Assembly (NCBI GenBank): GCA_946061765.1
Contig: CAMGTC010000001.1
Span: 1 to 39,687 of the forward strand
Length of the DNA: 39,687 nucleotides
Origin: an uncultured Treponema sp.
Lineage (GTDB): Bacteria > Spirochaetota > Spirochaetia > Treponematales > Treponemataceae
Direction of reading: 5' to 3'
The translations under genes were made by a program, and so were the position numbers. The notes under the pieces are model-generated. The model was not told where the DNA came from and did no database searches. It worked only from the letters and a program-made list of their open reading frames with translations. Below, piece after piece: positions 35,631 through 39,687 of the stretch. How positions within the stretch are numbered: the first letter of the stretch is position 1; the number at the start of each line of letters is the position of its first letter.

Positions 35631-37199
35631 TTACTTTCCTACACAGAAATTTGCAAATATACTTCCCAAAACATCATCAGGAGTGATATCGCCTGTTACC
35701 TCGGAAAGAGCATCTAAAGCATCTTCCAAATCCTGAACAACAGCATCTAGAGTGTAGTTATCATCTGCACTTATAAGGGCATGTTTTGTTGCTTCCAGTG
35801 CCTGAGCTACGGCTTCTTTCTGTCTTGCAGATCCAAGTCCGGCCTGCTGTCTTTCGCTGGATAAACCGGCCTTTAGTATTTTACTGATTTCTTCAAAGAG
35901 TTCTTTTAAGCCCTGCCCTGTTTTTGCTGATATTTTTACCTGAGCCGGAGGATTTAGGGGTCTGTCCCCCTTTGTTTTTAGAGAACTGTCCCCTCCCATT
36001 TTTAGGGGTCTGTCCCCCTCTGTTTTGTCCCCATCTGTTTTTAGAGAACTGTCCCCCCACATTTTTTCTTCCTCCGAACAAGGGGCGTTGCGGGGAAAAT
36101 CAACTTGTTGATTGTCCCCGCTAGAAGGGGTAGCGAAAAAGCTCTGCTTTGAAGCGAGGGGAAGGCTTTCCCCACCTTTATCGCATTTATTCCAAACCAA
36201 AATTAATGGTTCGCGGCAATTTTTTATAAAATCGTAATCTTCGTCCTTTATGCCAAGACTTGAATCGACCAGATACAAAACTGCATCGGCATCCTGAGCG
36301 AGATTTCTGGTGAGTTGGACTCCCTGGGCTTCGATTTTATCGTCAGTTTCGCGTAAACCGGCTGTGTCGAATAAACGAACTGGAATTCCGTCGATACTTG
36401 CCCAAGATTCAAGCCAGTCTCGGGTAGTCCCTTCGATATCGCTTACAATTGCGCGTTCTTCCTTTAAAATTGCGTTGAAAAGTGAAGATTTTCCGGCGTT
36501 TGTAGGACCTGCAAGTACAACCCTAGCCCCATCCTGATAAAGTTTTTCGCCCTGCCAGGAATCTACAAGGGACTGAAGTCTTTTTATTGCAAGTTCAATA
36601 TCTGCTCGGTCAAAAGTGTCGGCAATTGTTTCTTCGTCCTCCGGATATTCAATTTCCACTTCGATTGCGGCAAGTGTATCTAAAATTAATTTTTTGATTG
36701 AGTCAATTTCCTGAAATAATGAACCTGAAAGTCTTCCTGCAGCATGGGAACGGGAAACATCTGTATGACTATCGATTATTTCTTTTACAGCCTCGGCTTT
36801 TGTTAAATCTGTTTTGCCATTTACATAAGCGCGGAAAGTATATTCCCCACGGTTTGCCTGTCTAAAGCCACTTTTAAGCATTAGATTTTGAATGGCTGTA
36901 ACAACGGCTGGGCCTCCGTGACAAAATACTTCGACCATATCTTCGCCGGTAAAGGATTTTGGAGCACGGTAAACTGCACACATTACTTCGTCAATTTTTT
37001 CGCCAGAGTGATTTTGAATCCAGCCATAAACAAGGGTATTCCCCGGAGCTTCTAATAAGGCTTTTGGTCTTGAAAAAACTTTACTTACTAATTCAATACA
37101 ATTTTTTCCAGAAACTCTTACTATTCCAAGGGCTGCCGGTGCCAATGCTGTGGCAATTGAAGAAATTGCTTCTTCGGGTGTGTAGGAACCGATTGTCAT
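35631..37199 (-). CDS. mnmE: tRNA modification GTPase MnmE (TrmE) with an in-frame repeat-derived insertion
   Basis: SFTGEDMVE, GPTNAGKSS, GTTRD, DTAG, NKCD, ISAKTG, C-terminal FCVGK. Confidence 0.97.
   Translation of the reverse strand: MTIGSYTPEEAISSIATALAPAALGIVRVSGKNCIELVSKVFSRPKALLEAPGNTLVYGWIQNHSGEKIDEVMCAVYRAPKSFTGEDMVEVFCHGGPAVVTAIQNLMLKSGFRQANRGEYTFRAYVNGKTDLTKAEAVKEIIDSHTDVSRSHAAGRLSGSLFQEIDSIKKLILDTLAAIEVEIEYPEDEETIADTFDRADIELAIKRLQSLVDSWQGEKLYQDGARVVLAGPTNAGKSSLFNAILKEERAIVSDIEGTTRDWLESWASIDGIPVRLFDTAGLRETDDKIEAQGVQLTRNLAQDADAVLYLVDSSLGIKDEDYDFIKNCREPLILVWNKCDKGGESLPLASKQSFFATPSSGDNQQVDFPRNAPCSEEEKMWGDSSLKTDGDKTEGDRPLKMGGDSSLKTKGDRPLNPPAQVKISAKTGQGLKELFEEISKILKAGLSSERQQAGLGSARQKEAVAQALEATKHALISADDNYTLDAVVQDLEDALDALSEVTGDITPDDVLGSIFANFCVGK
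35953..36058. repeat. Tandem TGTCCCC-core repeats inside mnmE
   Basis: TGTCCCC at 35963, 35987, 36011, 36026 and 36050 (spacings 24, 24, 15, 24). Confidence 0.85.
36082..36177 (+). repeat. GC-rich multi-hairpin repeat inside mnmE; same family as 11423-11520
   Basis: GGGCGTTGCGGG..CCCGCTAGAAGGGGTAGCGAAA..GCGAGGGGAAGGCTTTCCCC. Confidence 0.8.
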
Positions 37200-39554
37200 T
37201 TAATTACTCCCATTAATCATGCCTGGTATAATCTGCAAAAATGGTAAATATGAACTTGTATTATCGTACTGCTGCAGAATACTGTCTAAAACCGAAACAT
37301 CCGAATCAATATATTCAGATTTTTTGCGAATTCCAATAGCAGGTTTTCTGAATTCCTGACTGGCTTCTGGTGCTGTTCCAATAAAAATATCACTATCGGA
37401 AATATCTGGCGGTGTTACTTCGTAATTACCTACATTATTCCAGCACATATATCCACGGTTGATAGCATCTCTGGTTCCAAAGAATTCTTTGCGGATATAA
37501 TCTTCATCATAATAAATGCGATCGTAACTGCAATTTAGATAAAATGATTGTACCCAAGGCCGCACGATTGCCCTGTTTCTGCACAAAACTGTATTACGAA
37601 ATGAACCATAATAATAAATTCTGTATGTTCGGTCGGCCTGTGGATTAAAATTCAAGAAAGTCTGCTCAAAATGTGATGGATAGAACATTGGACCTATTAC
37701 ATCAACATATTCTGCAAGCATTTCTGCATCCTGCCCGGTTCTTGTTCCAGAGCGATACCAGCCGTTTGCACCGTAAATATCAATTCCAATTGGAGCTTGA
37801 ATATTTTCTCTGGCATAAGATAAAAATGATATTAAAGCGGATTCTTTGTCCATTCCTTTATCTTGCCAGCGATATTTTGCATTGTAGAGATTTGTTCCAT
37901 CTGTTGGAAAGCGGATATAATCAAACTGAATTTCATCAAATCCACGGGCAATTAATTCTTTTGCAATTGCAACATTGTATTCCCACACTTCTTCTGAATA
38001 TGGATCTACCCAATATTCATCATAATAAAGGGTTTCTTTTCCTGTTACATTTCCTGCTTCGTCAACAACATCGCTATACCCTTTAATTCCAAGCCAAGGT
38101 TTATTATTTTTTGAATCCCAGACTGCATACTTTCCCTGTTTGTAAGTTGAAAGATGTTTGTCTTTAAAAGTTACAATTCTGGCAATCAAATAAATATCGT
38201 CTTTCTTAAATTCCTGAATTAAATTATCCAGATTTACTGCATATTCAGAAATATAGGCTTTTTCCAATATAAAAGGATCTTTCGAATCATAACGTAAAAG
38301 GCCGTAATCATCTTTCATATCAATTACAAGAGCATTCATATTGCGGTCTTTTATGATTTTTTTTGTTTTTTCAATTCCCTGGGCTGTTCTGCAAGTATAA
38401 GCCGAACCATAAATTGCTTTACGTCCGTTTGCAATTTCGGCATAAGGCGTATTTATTGTACCAGGATAAAGCAGCCACAGTTCATTTAATAAAATTCCCG
38501 AGGCAAAACCACTGCGTGTCTGTGGAATCCAGGCTGTATTTATCATTCCCGGTACACATGCAAATGCAAGGTCCCAGTTTTTTTCCATGGCGGGTATTCC
38601 AGGACTTGTTAAAGTATCTATATCGATTGAACCAAATCCTTCAAGTTTTGTGTAAAGTAATACGTTGTCAATTAAAGTTAAACCATCAATTGCTTCTGTT
38701 GGTTCTTTACCCTTGTAAATTAATTCTCCCTTTTTTTCTTCCCAGTTAAATTTATAAATTCTTGGAATATAAGCTTGTGAAATGTAAAGTTGTGTGTATT
38801 TATTTCCCTGAGAATCATATCTTATTACTGGTAAAATATCTGAAATTTCGTCTGGGGATGATAATGTATCAATTTTTTCAAATCCTGCTGCTACATCGTT
38901 CCACTGCGCATTTTTGCTGTCGGGAATAATATAGGAAAGGCCAAAAATTGGATGGCTCATAAAAATTACACTTTGGCCTTCAAAAGTTACTACGGCAACG
39001 GCTTTTACACCCGGAGTTGATTTACTCATTGAACCCAAATTGTTCCAGCTTATTCCTCCGTCTTTTGAATAATAAACATTATCTTTTGTGGCGGTAACTA
39101 TTTCCTGATTATTCATAGGATTTGCACTAATATCCTTAATTTCCTGAATCTGTTTTTCAAGATAAGTTGTGTTATTTTTGTATTTTTTGATTGTTAAAAA
39201 AGGAAGTCCACTATCTCTTTCTTCAAAATTCTTTAAATCTTGTGTTACAAATATACCCTTTGATGTTCGGAGCATCCAGCTTGGTTTTATATTTCCTTCC
39301 GAATCTGGTAATTGTAATAAAAGAATTTGCTCTACGCGACCATTTGTCCACAGTGGAATTGAATTATTTCTATTTGTGACTCTAAACAAACCTTTGTCAG
39401 AGCCAACTAAAAAGGTGGAGAGTGGAAGCTCTGTATCACCTAAATCATTCACTGCCAAATTAGGTTTTTCAGGAAGTTGATATAAAGGTTTTAACTCCTG
39501 AGCCTGAACAAAACTTAGATTTAATAATAATAGTGCAAAAATTATAATAGTCAT
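37200..39554 (-). CDS. Exported putative glycoside hydrolase (DUF4015-like TIM barrel) with N-terminal propeller-like region
   Basis: Signal peptide; Asp-box YSKDGGISW; NALVIDMKDDYG, IARIVTFKD, WVDPY, GFDEIQFDYIRFP, PMFYPSH. Confidence 0.8.
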   Translation of the reverse strand: MTIIIFALLLLNLSFVQAQELKPLYQLPEKPNLAVNDLGDTELPLSTFLVGSDKGLFRVTNRNNSIPLWTNGRVEQILLLQLPDSEGNIKPSWMLRTSKGIFVTQDLKNFEERDSGLPFLTIKKYKNNTTYLEKQIQEIKDISANPMNNQEIVTATKDNVYYSKDGGISWNNLGSMSKSTPGVKAVAVVTFEGQSVIFMSHPIFGLSYIIPDSKNAQWNDVAAGFEKIDTLSSPDEISDILPVIRYDSQGNKYTQLYISQAYIPRIYKFNWEEKKGELIYKGKEPTEAIDGLTLIDNVLLYTKLEGFGSIDIDTLTSPGIPAMEKNWDLAFACVPGMINTAWIPQTRSGFASGILLNELWLLYPGTINTPYAEIANGRKAIYGSAYTCRTAQGIEKTKKIIKDRNMNALVIDMKDDYGLLRYDSKDPFILEKAYISEYAVNLDNLIQEFKKDDIYLIARIVTFKDKHLSTYKQGKYAVWDSKNNKPWLGIKGYSDVVDEAGNVTGKETLYYDEYWVDPYSEEVWEYNVAIAKELIARGFDEIQFDYIRFPTDGTNLYNAKYRWQDKGMDKESALISFLSYARENIQAPIGIDIYGANGWYRSGTRTGQDAEMLAEYVDVIGPMFYPSHFEQTFLNFNPQADRTYRIYYYGSFRNTVLCRNRAIVRPWVQSFYLNCSYDRIYYDEDYIRKEFFGTRDAINRGYMCWNNVGNYEVTPPDISDSDIFIGTAPEASQEFRKPAIGIRKKSEYIDSDVSVLDSILQQYDNTSSYLPFLQIIPGMINGSN

Positions 39555-39605
39555 ATTCTACTTATCGGTAGAATATAAAGTGAATTTAACATAAAAAACG
39601 GGAAG

Positions 39606-39687
39606 GTTTAAAATGAATAGTGCAGATGGCACTATTCATTTTAACTCGAGTTTTTTTGCAAAAACTCTTTTTATTTACGTGTTCGCT
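39606..39687 (+). repeat. Hairpin cassette copy (cut by the window edge)
   Basis: CTCGAGTTTTTTTGCAAAAACTCTTTTTATTTACGTGTTCGCT is identical to 20266-20308 and is preceded by a TTAAAAT..ATTTTAA stem. Confidence 0.85.

Noticed and set aside
35953-36058. CRISPR array
   Set aside because: Units are 15-24 bp without unique spacers, lie in frame within mnmE, and no cas genes are present.

Overview
AT-rich bacterial chromosomal segment, most likely from a Treponema-like spirochaete (inferred from gene content and order, not from a search). Most of it is minus-strand housekeeping DNA: DEDDh exonuclease, tRNA-Arg(TCT), sufCBDSU, lipoprotein/TPR genes, a sigma54-type regulator, rpsA-cmk-rluB-scpB-scpA-folK-recA and rpe, then at the right end glmS, mnmE and a secreted putative glycoside hydrolase. 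Between rpe and glmS (about 19.9-33.6 kb) lies an accessory region. It holds a structured MITE-like element, a feoB pseudogene, tRNA-Ile2(CAT), an uncharacterised three-gene TIGR04255-like module, and a type I restriction-modification locus. That locus looks phase-variable: it has a tyrosine recombinase, 21-bp inverted repeats and a silent hsdS half-gene. The most notable observations are: (1) a GIY-YIG nuclease domain inserted in frame in HsdS, starting exactly at a perfect 20-bp palindrome; (2) the three-gene module, a candidate defence or toxin-antitoxin-chaperone system; (3) several families of palindromic repeats that keep their stems while changing sequence, and that sit in frame inside hsdS, mnmE and the end of rluB. 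All calls come from reading motifs by eye; no database search was run.
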